A stretch of DNA of 64,000 nucleotides from Candidatus Moraniibacteriota bacterium (GCA_963743885.1 CAVURJ010000001.1:279488-343487), one strand, 5' to 3'. Positions 32,160 through 40,999 are shown, counted from the first letter of the stretch. Made by a program: numbers and translations. The notes: generated from the sequence alone by a model not told the origin.

Positions 32160-32610
32160 CAGCTAGAGTCGATTCTTGACCAGAAAGCGTGTTTTCCCTA
32201 TACTGGGCCTAATTGTTCTTTGAGCAGGAAACGGTACCGAAGGCAGCGATGAGAGCGGGAATATCCTTTTCTCTTCACTGTCCTCGGCATCTATGAGGCA
32301 GTAAGCCGGTTGGGCCATCGGTCGTCGTGTCGCCATCAAGATGGACACGAACCGAAAGCTCCGCCACTTTTCATCGGTCACTACGGAGGAATCCAGACCA
32401 TGAAGAAACATGCCATCCCCGCGCCCCGGGGTTCTCCTGCGATCGCCCCCGCCTCGTTCGTCGCCAACAGTCTGGCCGCCGACGGTTCCTAGTACGACAC
32501 GCAAGGAACCAAGTCCCCTCCGTAACGGCACGGAGGGCAACCAATCTGCTCCCGGAACATCGGGACCCCCTGCCCTGTGGACTTCACGTTCACAGGGCAC
32601 TTACTTTTTG
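32160..32610 (+). ncRNA. Unidentified non-coding unit, GC-rich, ended by an intrinsic terminator
   Basis: No ORF of protein-like composition on either strand across 32155-32807. Terminator gccctgtg-gacttcacgttc-acagggc + ttactttttg at 32572-32610. Contains RNase-P-like (GAAACGGTACCG, GTCAGGCTTATC, GAAAGTCCG) and SRP-like (AAGGCAGCGATGAG) k-mers, but not in canonical order. Confidence 0.3.
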
Positions 32611-32807
32611 CGGCGATATTTAGGGTCTTGCCAAAGTCAGGCTTATCTGGTAGACTCTTTAAACAACTGAGAAAGTCCGACATCCGTCCCGCTTGCGCCC
32701 TTGTGGCAGAGACCAGGAAGGATACGCTCCCGTAGCAGAGGATTTTCTTTGTTGACGGGGTTTTTGTACCATAATTCATAAATCGTAAATCATAATTCAT
32801 CATATCT

Positions 32808-33320
32808 ATGGTTGAATACGAGCTGTTTTATCTCGTCGGTGAGTCGAAGGACGCGGAGCTGCCGCGCATCCGGACCGCAGTCGAGGAGGTTGTTACATCG
32901 AACGGAGGCACGTTCCTTCCGCCGATGACTGAAGAGAAGCGCAAGATGGCGTACGAAGTGAAGAAGGAAGTGCGTGGCACATACATCGCCCGCCGCTTCA
33001 CGTTGCCGGATGTCGATGAACGCGAGGCTGCTGGTACGGAGCTCGACGGGGAGGGGATGTACCCGATCGCTGCGATGAACCGCACGCTTCAGTTGTCGAA
33101 GGATGTGCTTCGTTCCATCATCGTCCGCGCGGACGATATGCCGGAACTCAAGGCTATCGAGCGCGTTGAGCGCCCGAAGACGGAGAATCGGAGCGGACGC
33201 TATGAGCGCCGTGGCGCAGTGCGTCCGATGCCGCAGGCCCCGATCGCCCCGAAGGAAGAGGCCAAGCCGGTCAGCCAGGAGCAGATCGATGCCCAGCTCA
33301 AGGAGAAGTTGGATATCTAG
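32808..33320 (+). CDS. rpsF: 30S ribosomal protein S6 (bS6) with C-terminal extension
   Basis: YELFYLV...EKRKMAYEVKKEVRGTYI matches the bS6 pattern. First gene of the rpsF-ssb-rpsR arrangement. Confidence 0.65.
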   Translation: MVEYELFYLVGESKDAELPRIRTAVEEVVTSNGGTFLPPMTEEKRKMAYEVKKEVRGTYIARRFTLPDVDEREAAGTELDGEGMYPIAAMNRTLQLSKDVLRSIIVRADDMPELKAIERVERPKTENRSGRYERRGAVRPMPQAPIAPKEEAKPVSQEQIDAQLKEKLDI

Positions 33321-33359
33321 CCGGTCCTTTCAGAAGCTACACGCTAAAAGTTCAAATAT

Positions 33360-33860
33360 ATGAACGTCAACAAGGCAATCATCGTCGGCAGGCTGACTCG
33401 TGATCCGGAGATGCGTTCGACGCCTTCTGGTCAGTCGGTCACGACGCTTTCGCTCGCAACCAACAACTTCTGGACCGATAAGGGTGGTCAGAAGCAGGAG
33501 AAGACTGAGTTCCACAATATCGTCCTGTGGGGACGTCTCGCCGAAGTCGCATCGCAGTACCTGACCAAGGGCCAGGAGTGTTATGTAGAGGGCAGGCTCC
33601 AGACCCGCGAGTATACCGCGAAGGATGGTACGCAGAAGAAGACGACTGAGATTGTCGGTGAGGCGATGCAACTCGGCAGCCGTGCGCAAGGGGCGCAGAG
33701 CGGAAGCCAGGGTGGTAGCTATGCCCGTCCAGCCGCTGCCGCAGCCGCTCCGGCCGCTGCTACGAGGCCGCAGGCTCAGGCGCCGATCGAAGAGGAGATC
33801 CCAACCATCAATCTCGATGACGAGAAGGATGAGGTCAGGATCGAGGACGTCCCGTTTTAA
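33360..33860 (+). CDS. ssb: Single-stranded DNA-binding protein
   Basis: OB-fold N-terminus (NKAIIVGRLTRDPEMR...FHNIVLWGRLAE), G/Q/A-rich linker, acidic DDEKDEVRIEDVPF tail. Confidence 0.9.
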   Translation: MNVNKAIIVGRLTRDPEMRSTPSGQSVTTLSLATNNFWTDKGGQKQEKTEFHNIVLWGRLAEVASQYLTKGQECYVEGRLQTREYTAKDGTQKKTTEIVGEAMQLGSRAQGAQSGSQGGSYARPAAAAAAPAAATRPQAQAPIEEEIPTINLDDEKDEVRIEDVPF

Positions 33861-33897
33861 AGAACTAATGAAGCTAATAAGCTAAGAAGCTAGTACT

Positions 33898-34092
33898 ATG
33901 GATTCATCGATGAGCAAGAAGCTCGCCAAGCTCGACTATAAGGATGCGTATTTTCTTCGCAAGTTCCTGAACTCGCAGGGCAAGCTGTATCCGCCGAAGC
34001 GCTACGGTCTTTCGGCCAAGGAGCAGCGTGGATTGGCGAACGCCGTCAAGCGCGCCCGGTTCATGGCGCTTATCCCGTACGTAGTAAAGTAA
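33898..34092 (+). CDS. rpsR: 30S ribosomal protein S18 (bS18)
   Basis: DYKDAYFLRKFLNSQGKLYPPKRYGLSAKEQRGLANAVKRARFMALIPY. Confidence 0.9.
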   Translation: MDSSMSKKLAKLDYKDAYFLRKFLNSQGKLYPPKRYGLSAKEQRGLANAVKRARFMALIPYVVK

Positions 34093-34192
34093 GTCCATAA
34101 AGTCCATAAAGTTTTTAAAGTTATAAAGTTCGTGGTTTCGGTGGAGTAGCCGGCTTTGTGAACTTTACAAACTTTCAACTTTACAAACTTAT

Positions 34193-34750
34193 ATGTTGGG
34201 AATCACAGAAATCAAGACTGGCAAGAAGATCATCTTCAATAACGAGCCGTACATCGTGCTCGAGTATCAGCATTCGAAGATCGGCCGCGGTGGTGCGGTG
34301 ATGCGGACCAAGATGAAGAACCTCCTTTCTGGCGCTATCATCGACTACGCCTATCAGGGCGCCGACAAGATCGAGGAAGCGGAGATATCGAAGTCCAAGG
34401 CACAGTATCTCTACCACGATGGTGATGAGTATCTGTTCATGGATACCGAGAGCTATGATCAGTTCTCTCTTTCCAAGGGCGTCCTGGGCGATTTTGCCAA
34501 CTATCTCGTTGATGGGACGGAAGTCTCTGTGCTCAATTGGAATAGCCAGCCGATCAACGTCGAGATCCCGGTCAAAGTGACGCTCACAGTGATCGATGCG
34601 CCTCCGGGTATCCGCGGTGATTCGGTGTCGGCCGGCGACAAGGTTGTCACTATGGAAACCGGTCTTACCGTGACGACGCCGCTCTTCATAAAGACAGGAG
34701 ACAAGCTCATCATCAATACCGAGAAAGGCACGTATGTCTCTCGCGCGTAG
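34193..34750 (+). CDS. efp: Elongation factor P
   Basis: KIGRGGAVMRTKMKNL (KPGKG loop region) and three-domain EF-P length. Confidence 0.9.
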   Translation: MLGITEIKTGKKIIFNNEPYIVLEYQHSKIGRGGAVMRTKMKNLLSGAIIDYAYQGADKIEEAEISKSKAQYLYHDGDEYLFMDTESYDQFSLSKGVLGDFANYLVDGTEVSVLNWNSQPINVEIPVKVTLTVIDAPPGIRGDSVSAGDKVVTMETGLTVTTPLFIKTGDKLIINTEKGTYVSRA

Positions 34751-34911
34751 GCCAAGAAAACGGGCGGTTTATCCGCCTGTTTTTTTGTCTGAAAAATCCC
34801 TTGGAAAAGGCAGAATAGAGCCATCCGAGAGGGTTGCTCTTTTCCAGAAAAACAGCTAGAATAAGGAAGGAGAAATATATCGGCAGAAGGCTGTTTTTTT
34901 ACTTTCCGCGT

Positions 34912-35289
34912 ATGTCGTTTTCCGCCTATCTCTGGGGGATACGCCTCCTGACGCTTCTCGCGTCGGCTGCTTGGATCGGGATCATAGTATCCATTGATCC
35001 GGAGCGGGGAGGCTCGGTCGGTGCGGCGCTTTTCTTCGTCAGCTTCTTCGCGATGCTGCTCGGAGTCATGACGCTTTCCGTCATCTGGGCGTATCGTAAG
35101 GCGCTCGGCGATGCCGGGGCCGCCCAGTATTCCGGAGGAGCATTCCGTCAAGCGCTTTTGCTTGCGGTTTTCGTTTCCGGCGCGGCGTTTCTGCAGTATA
35201 TGCGGCTCCTCACGTGGTGGGATGCAGCACTCCTTTTTTCGGCAGTGCTCGCTCTGGAATTCACCGCGAGACGGATGTTTCGGGCATGA
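34912..35289 (+). CDS. Hypothetical integral membrane protein
   Basis: Four predicted TM helices. ATG 34912 lacks an SD; a strong AAGGAAGGAG at 34863-34872 sits before an in-frame ATC, so the start is ambiguous. Confidence 0.45.
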   Translation: MSFSAYLWGIRLLTLLASAAWIGIIVSIDPERGGSVGAALFFVSFFAMLLGVMTLSVIWAYRKALGDAGAAQYSGGAFRQALLLAVFVSGAAFLQYMRLLTWWDAALLFSAVLALEFTARRMFRA

Positions 35290-35373
35290 TGATAAGCACA
35301 AGAAAAATCGTATGGCTCCCCGCCTCGATTCCGAATCACGAAGAATCAGATAGTGGGGTATAAGACACGGAAA

Positions 35374-35412
35374 CCCTGCCCGAATCGCTACGCGAAACGT
35401 TGCGGGCGGGGC
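35374..35412 (-). repeat. Single copy of the GC-rich ~40 nt unit that is tandemly duplicated inside pth
   Basis: The reverse complement ggccccgcccgcaacgtttcgcgtagcgattcgggcagg matches 43084-43122 almost exactly. Confidence 0.7.
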
Positions 35413-35504
35413 CTTACGGCTCTGCACGAATCAATATCAGGTATAACCAAGAATCGAAGCGGGATGCTCATAATCGTAGCTACTCGCTTCACTCATAGAC
35501 GATT

Positions 35505-37556
35505 ATGGCAAACAAGAAAACCGATCAGGGAGGGTATAGTGCCAAATCCATCCAGGTGCTCGAAGGGCTCGACCCGGTGCGCAAGCGCCCGGGCATGTAT
35601 ATTGGCGGCACGTCGACGGAAGGGCTTCATCATCTTATCTGGGAAGTGGTCAACAACTCGATCGATGAGTCGATGGCTGGTCATTGTGATGAGATCATCA
35701 TCCGCATGCTGCCGGACAACTGGATTGAGGTCGTCGATAACGGCCGCGGCATCCCGGTAGAGATCCATCCACAGACCAAAAAGTCGACGCTTGAGACTGT
35801 ACTTACCATCCTTCATGCCGGCGGCAAGTTCGGTGGTGACGGCTACAAGATTTCCGGCGGTCTTCATGGCGTCGGTGTGTCTGTCGTAAACGCTTTGTCG
35901 GCCCATACGATCGCGACGGTAGGACGCGATGGCAAGATCTGGCGACAGGAGTTCAAGCAGGGCAAGTCCCAGGGAAACGTGAAGGCTATCGGCAAGTCCG
36001 ATAAGACCGGGACGACGATCGCATTCCAGGCTGATCCGGAAATCTTTCCGGAGATCGCTTATTCCTGGTCCAAGATCCTTGAATACGTCCGCTATCAGGC
36101 ATTCCTTACGAAGGGCGTGCGCATCCTCGTCGAGGATCGTCGCGAGGTGATGAGCGAAGAGGAAGCTTACAAGGCGAAGCGCCACGGCTTCTATTTCGAT
36201 TCGGGTATCATCTCCTTCGTGAAGCACTTGAACCGCAAGAAGGAAGTAAAGAACCAGACCCCGGTCTATATCGAGAAAACCATCGATGATATCTATGTCG
36301 AGGTGTCGTTCCAGTTCACGGATGGCTTCAAGGAGCATTTGTTCTCGTTTGCCAACAACATCCTCAATCCGGGCGGTGGTACGCATGTGACCGGCTTCAA
36401 GATGGCACTGACCCGCGTGCTGAATGATTATGCCAAGAAGAACAACCTCATCAAGGAGAAGGAAGGGTCCTTCACGTCCGATGACTTGCAGGAAGGTCTG
36501 ACAGCGGTCGTCTCGGTCAAGCTCGCCAATCCGCAGTTCGAAGGCCAGACCAAGGATAAGCTGAACAATGTCGAGGCACGCGGCGCCGTATCATCTGCGA
36601 CGACTGCCGGCTTGAACGAATTCCTTGAGACGCACCCGACCGATGCGCGTGCGATGATCGACAAGTGCCTTCTCACGGTGCGTGCCCGTATCGCGGCTCG
36701 TGCTGCCAAGGACGCTGTGCTCCGCAAAGGCGCGCTCGAGGGCATGACGCTTCCGGGCAAGCTCGCTGATTGCACGACTCGCGATGTCGAGCGCTCAGAG
36801 GTCTACATCGTCGAGGGCGATTCTGCAGGTGGCTCGGCCAAGCAGGGGCGCAACCGTGAGTTCCAGGCGATATTGCCGCTCCGTGGTAAGCTGGTGAACG
36901 TCGAAAAGACTTCGCTCGATAAGGTTGTGAAGTCCGATACCCTGAAGCCAATCATTATCGCACTCGGCGTAGGCATTGGCGAGACGTTCGATATCGCGAA
37001 GCTCCGCTATGGCAAGGTCATCATCATGGCCGACGCCGACGTCGACGGTTCGCACATCCGTACGCTGCTTCTCACGTTCTTCTACCGCTACTACGAGGCG
37101 CTCGTGCGTGGTGGTCATATCTATATCGCCCAGCCGCCGCTCTATCGTCTCCAGAGGGGCAAGGATGTCCGCTATGCCTATACCGATGATGAGAAGCTCC
37201 GTATTCTCGAAGAGATGAAGCAGCTCGTCGCTGAGAAGTCTGCTGCCAAGAAGGCAAAGAAAGCCAAGGAAGAACCAGCGGAAGAGCCGGTAGCCGAAGT
37301 CTCGGCCGAGGGAAATGATGGATCAGAAACGATCGCCGGTGTAGTCATCCAGCGTTACAAAGGTCTCGGTGAGATGAACCCGGAGCAGCTCTGGGAAACG
37401 ACCATGAACCCTGACAACCGCGTGATGCTCAAGGTGAATATCGAGGATGCCGAGGAGGCTGATGAGCTTTTCGATATCCTCATGGGTAACGAAGTCGAGC
37501 CGCGCCGCCGCTTCATCCAGACGCACGCCAAGATGGTGAAGAATCTGGATGTCTAG
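35505..37556 (+). CDS. gyrB: DNA gyrase subunit B
   Basis: GHKL ATPase motifs (EVVNNSIDE, GLHGVG), TOPRIM, C-terminal K/E-rich insert. Could be ParE, but the size and context fit gyrB. Confidence 0.8.
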   Translation: MANKKTDQGGYSAKSIQVLEGLDPVRKRPGMYIGGTSTEGLHHLIWEVVNNSIDESMAGHCDEIIIRMLPDNWIEVVDNGRGIPVEIHPQTKKSTLETVLTILHAGGKFGGDGYKISGGLHGVGVSVVNALSAHTIATVGRDGKIWRQEFKQGKSQGNVKAIGKSDKTGTTIAFQADPEIFPEIAYSWSKILEYVRYQAFLTKGVRILVEDRREVMSEEEAYKAKRHGFYFDSGIISFVKHLNRKKEVKNQTPVYIEKTIDDIYVEVSFQFTDGFKEHLFSFANNILNPGGGTHVTGFKMALTRVLNDYAKKNNLIKEKEGSFTSDDLQEGLTAVVSVKLANPQFEGQTKDKLNNVEARGAVSSATTAGLNEFLETHPTDARAMIDKCLLTVRARIAARAAKDAVLRKGALEGMTLPGKLADCTTRDVERSEVYIVEGDSAGGSAKQGRNREFQAILPLRGKLVNVEKTSLDKVVKSDTLKPIIIALGVGIGETFDIAKLRYGKVIIMADADVDGSHIRTLLLTFFYRYYEALVRGGHIYIAQPPLYRLQRGKDVRYAYTDDEKLRILEEMKQLVAEKSAAKKAKKAKEEPAEEPVAEVSAEGNDGSETIAGVVIQRYKGLGEMNPEQLWETTMNPDNRVMLKVNIEDAEEADELFDILMGNEVEPRRRFIQTHAKMVKNLDV

Positions 37557-37754
37557 TTTGCAGAAGACGTATGAGATATGAGGCAAGAGGTAAGAAGGTG
37601 AAGTGAGAAGGAATTTTTGTTTCACTCATGCCTCATGCCTCGTTCCTCTTATCTCATCAGTGAGCCGGCTTGACGAAGCCTATTTTCCGTGATAATCTGC
37701 CGAAACTGGTTTCTATATATCTATCATCGCATAATCAGCATCTCGTAAACGAAT

Positions 37755-38453
37755 ATGTCAGAAGAACTTTCACTCAAGGCGGTAGTCCGCGAGAAGATGA
37801 GCGGCAAGGCGCTCGCCAAGGCCCGTAAGGATGGTCGTATCCCGGCTATTCTCTATGGCCACGGTGTCGAGCCGAAGATGCTTTGGATCGATGCTATCGC
37901 ATTCTCGAAGATGTACGCCAAGGCCGGCGAGTCGAGCATTCTTTCGCTCGCGCTCGAGGGCGGCAAGCCGGTGAACGCGCTCATTCATGATGTCGAGACC
38001 GATGCACTCTCGCACCGCTTCGCGCATGCTGATTTCTTCCAGGTACGTATGGATGAGAAGCTCGAGACGCACGTGCCGTTCGAGTTCGTCGGCGAGGCGC
38101 CGGCTGTCCGTGAGAATGGTGGTATCCTCGTGAAGCCGCTCGAAGAGCTCCATATCAGCTGTCTCCCGAAGGATCTCCCGCACGCGATTTCCGTTGATAT
38201 TTCCGCTCTCGCGACGTTTGATAGCCAGATCCAGGTGAAGGACATCAAGATGCCGCAGGGTGTCGAAGTGCTCGCTGATCCGAATGCGATGGTCGCGTTC
38301 GTCGAGGCGCCGCGCACTGATGCTCAGATGGCTGCACTTGATGAGAAGCCGGAAGGCGATGTCACCAAGGTGGAGGGCGTCGTGAAGGAAGAGGCTCCGG
38401 CTGCCGCTGATGAAAAGGCAGGCAAGCCAGAGAAGAAGGAAGAGAAGAAGTGA
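37755..38453 (+). CDS. rplY: 50S ribosomal protein L25 / general stress protein Ctc
   Basis: GKALAKARKDGRIPAILYGHG and a two-domain Ctc-like length with acidic/K-rich tail. Confidence 0.8.
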   Translation: MSEELSLKAVVREKMSGKALAKARKDGRIPAILYGHGVEPKMLWIDAIAFSKMYAKAGESSILSLALEGGKPVNALIHDVETDALSHRFAHADFFQVRMDEKLETHVPFEFVGEAPAVRENGGILVKPLEELHISCLPKDLPHAISVDISALATFDSQIQVKDIKMPQGVEVLADPNAMVAFVEAPRTDAQMAALDEKPEGDVTKVEGVVKEEAPAAADEKAGKPEKKEEKK

Positions 38454-38521
38454 CCCGCAGGGTCATCCTGATCCGCCAGCTGGCGGACGAAGGATCTCAA
38501 CCAGAAGCACCTAGATTCCAA

Positions 38522-38552
38522 AAAGCCCTCTGCTCTCAGAGGGCTTTTTTGT
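38522..38552 (+). terminator. Intrinsic terminator after rplY
   Basis: aaaaagccctctg-ctct-cagagggctttttt. Confidence 0.7.
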
Positions 38553-38889
38553 ACATTCCCTTACCCGTTATTTGGCTTAAAAAAATCTCGCCCAGCCGTT
38601 CAGTCGCTGTTTTCGGATCATCCGGCAAACTCGAAGGCTTCTCTGAAAGCGAAAGAAATCCCTGCCTACCGGCAGGCAGGCATCTCTCTTTACGGCCCCA
38701 GTCTTTCTTTCGATCAGAGAAGCCTTCTCAAACAATGCCGGATGACCGAGAAACACGTCTGCGGGGGCGGGATTTTTTGCACATCCATTCTAGGTTATTC
38801 TTTACTTAGAGGTTAAGCCTCTAAGTAAGGGAGAAGATGTTAAAAGAGGCTTTGTAGGGCATTTTTTATCGTATTTACCACACCGATGA

Positions 38890-38918
38890 TGGACAGAATG
38901 GTGAAAAAGTGCTATAAT
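38890..38918 (+). promoter_or_regulatory. Sigma70 promoter TGGACA-17-(TG)TATAAT for the gene at 39005
   Basis: TGGACA at 38890-38895, 17 nt spacer ending in TG, TATAAT at 38913-38918. Confidence 0.5.
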
Positions 38919-39004
38919 TGATTGTTTTGAGCTGCCACTGTGGCATGACTTGAATCCGCCATCTTCCCGGGCGCAATGGGAATGTACCTTATCAGGAGAG
39001 AAAC

Positions 39005-39628
39005 ATGGCTGCTCAAAAAGTGGTCGTCGATGGGTCGACTGTCTCGGCTCGTCAGATGAAGGATTTCTGGCGTCAGGTCGACGACGGATCGATTACGGGC
39101 GAGATACTCCAAGCAGTTCTTGAACATCGTAACCCGTTCGAGAAAGTGATCAACAATGCGATGTTCACCGTCACCTCCGATGGTCGCACCGGCGAAGAGT
39201 TCATTCGTGATTTCAAGCGGAACGACTACCGCGTCGGTGACTATGCATCGGATGTGATGCGGAAGCCCGCCTTCGTCGCCACGAACGACAAGACGTACCG
39301 ACTTGGCCTCATCAAGGGAGAAGAATTCTCCGATGCCGAGCGGTCGACGAAGAATATCTGTGCTGAAGCAGCTCGTCGAGGTTGGCTCACGCCACCGGCG
39401 GAAGTCGCGCCGCTCCTTCGGGAGACGGTCTCCGATGAAGAGATCAAGCATCTCGGTCTGTGGTGGCTCGTCGTTATGCACGAACCGATTATCGATTCCG
39501 ATGGCGGTGCGCGCTTGCTCGGCCTCCACCGCCACGGTGGTGGCCAGTGGCTCGACACGCGCTACGGCAAGCCAGGCCGTCGGTGGGGTCGTGAGGATGG
39601 GTTCCTGTTCCTTCTCCCGCAAGATTAG
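39005..39628 (+). CDS. Hypothetical protein (C-terminal ~40 aa duplicated downstream)
   Basis: 207 aa ORF with AGGAGAG SD. No family recognised. Confidence 0.55.
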   Translation: MAAQKVVVDGSTVSARQMKDFWRQVDDGSITGEILQAVLEHRNPFEKVINNAMFTVTSDGRTGEEFIRDFKRNDYRVGDYASDVMRKPAFVATNDKTYRLGLIKGEEFSDAERSTKNICAEAARRGWLTPPAEVAPLLRETVSDEEIKHLGLWWLVVMHEPIIDSDGGARLLGLHRHGGGQWLDTRYGKPGRRWGREDGFLFLLPQD

Positions 39629-39921
39629 ATCTTGGCGCTTGTATTTTTACTCTAGCGCTTTGATCCTTTGCCCTTTGGGACTTTGTACATGTACGAAGTC
39701 CCTTTTCTTTTGCTATACTTCGGATGGTAGTAGGCGAATCTGTGAGCGGTTACGGCTGCTTGCGGCCGAATCCAGTATCCATACATCGAGTGTATCCGCG
39801 ATTATGGTTTCGGATAGGGTGATGTATGTAGACACTTCATAAAAAATGAAGATACTTGGTGCGGTTTTCTGGGTGATTTCAATCACAAATCAGATTCAGC
39901 CCTGAGAGTTCGCTCCCGCCA

Positions 39922-40098
39922 TTGGTGGGTGGCGAATCGAAGGGTGGTGGCAAAGATGGAAAGCCGTACGTTTCCGATGGCGATGCGAACTTGCTCAACC
40001 TCAACCGCAACGATGATGGCCAGTGGCTCGACACGAACTACGACAAGCCAGACAATCGGTGGAATCGTGAGAATGGGTTCCTGTTCCTTCTCCCGCAA
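39922..40098 (+). pseudogene. Partial duplicate of the 3' end of the gene at 39005
   Basis: DNA 40015-40098 is ~85% identical to 39540-39622 (…GQWLDT.Y.KP..RW.RE.GFLFLLPQ). It has only a TTG start and no N-terminal domain. Confidence 0.5.
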
Positions 40099-40104
40099 CT
40101 CTCT

Positions 40105-40305
40105 TCATTTCTCTCCCTTCCTTGCGCTGGGAGAGTTTTGTTTCGAGAGCTGCCCGTTCCAGCCGCCGAGCATCCGACCGATTTCGTCGATTTTCTCGGA
40201 GAGAGCGATGTATTTCTTGGTATCGACTGATTTCGTTTCCCACAGAACGAGGAGAAGGACCTTGAGTGTGTCGACTTTTCGTATCGCATGGCGGACATAG
40301 GGCAT
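40105..40305 (-). CDS. Four-helix-bundle (23S rRNA IVS-type) family protein, C-terminal half or diverged
   Basis: ATG 40305 with AGGAAAAG SD. ETKSVDTKKYIALSEKIDEIGRMLGGW resembles DLGYISEEEYEELNEKLEEILKMLNGL of TIGR02436 proteins. The upstream in-frame region has a diverged N-half (VLDRPGFPRLSQ); the start is uncertain and may extend to TTG 40458. Confidence 0.4.
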   Translation of the reverse strand: MPYVRHAIRKVDTLKVLLLVLWETKSVDTKKYIALSEKIDEIGRMLGGWNGQLSKQNSPSARKGEK

Positions 40306-40563
40306 CTTTTCCTGCGGCGAGAGGAAAGCGGTTATGCCAGGCCAGCCGGCCTGACTAAGCCGTGGGAAACCAGGTCGATCGAGTACCTCGCAAACGAGGA
40401 AAAGATCAGCGACATCCAGTACTGGGATTTCGTGGCTACTGCCGACGACGGGAAGCAACTGTTCTACTTCATTGAAATGGATACATCTACGGGCTGGTTC
40501 CAGACGTTCTCTGGGACCAGGATCAATCCCGAGCAGGTGGACTTCCTGACGATGAAGGGGTGA
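40288..40563 (+). CDS. Hypothetical protein; the upstream extension of the 4HB gene (40306-40458) would be antisense to it
   Basis: 91 aa ORF with normal amino-acid composition and no SD. It overlaps the minus-strand gene by 18 nt. Only one of the two extents is likely correct. Confidence 0.3.
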   Translation: MADIGHLFLRREESGYARPAGLTKPWETRSIEYLANEEKISDIQYWDFVATADDGKQLFYFIEMDTSTGWFQTFSGTRINPEQVDFLTMKG

Positions 40564-40762
40564 TGAACCATATCGCCCAACAAGCCGCAGCGCACTCTCG
40601 TGCTCTGCGGTTTTTTCTATCCTTTGTTCTATTGACAAAAAAACTGAAAAATGCTACAGTTTTTTGTTGCATTAAATGCAACAAGTTTGTTGTTAGGCTC
40701 AATCTTATGAGCCAGCCAGCCGTCGGCTTTGGCGGTAGAGTTACTTAAAAACGAGGGCAGTC

Positions 40763-40999
40763 ATGGTTAAGATTCTGCTGGTTGTCTTTGAACTGATCGC
40801 TATAGGGGTAGGTTTCATTTTTGCTTATTCCCAAGTGATCCTTCCGATTGTTCGGAAAATGCCGCTGTTTCCGATGTTCCGTCGCCGGCCTGCAATTGAG
40901 CGGGAGCTCGATGCGGTCAATGAGCAATTGGAAGATAAGGCGCTTCAACGCGAATTGGAGACGAAGCGGAGGCGGCTTGGCAAGACGAGCGGTAACTGA
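40763..40999 (+). CDS. NfeD-like small membrane protein (partner of the SPFH protein)
   Basis: 78 aa, N-terminal TM helices, GAGGG SD. Immediately upstream of an SPFH-domain gene. Confidence 0.5.
   Translation: MVKILLVVFELIAIGVGFIFAYSQVILPIVRKMPLFPMFRRRPAIERELDAVNEQLEDKALQRELETKRRRLGKTSGN

Noticed and set aside
32155-32807. RNase P RNA assignment for the GC-rich ORF-free region
   Set aside because: GAAAGTCCG, GAAACGGTACCG and CAGGCTTATC-like k-mers are present but in the wrong order for a canonical bacterial RNase P RNA, and GAAAGTCCG lies after the terminator. Left as an unidentified non-coding region.
35493-36386. 297-aa minus-strand ORF inside gyrB; likewise 52248..53429 and 52421..53401 inside ftsZ, 23784..24430 and 24486..25508 inside ftsK, 45984..46907 inside hisS
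   Set aside because: Antisense to strongly supported conserved genes.
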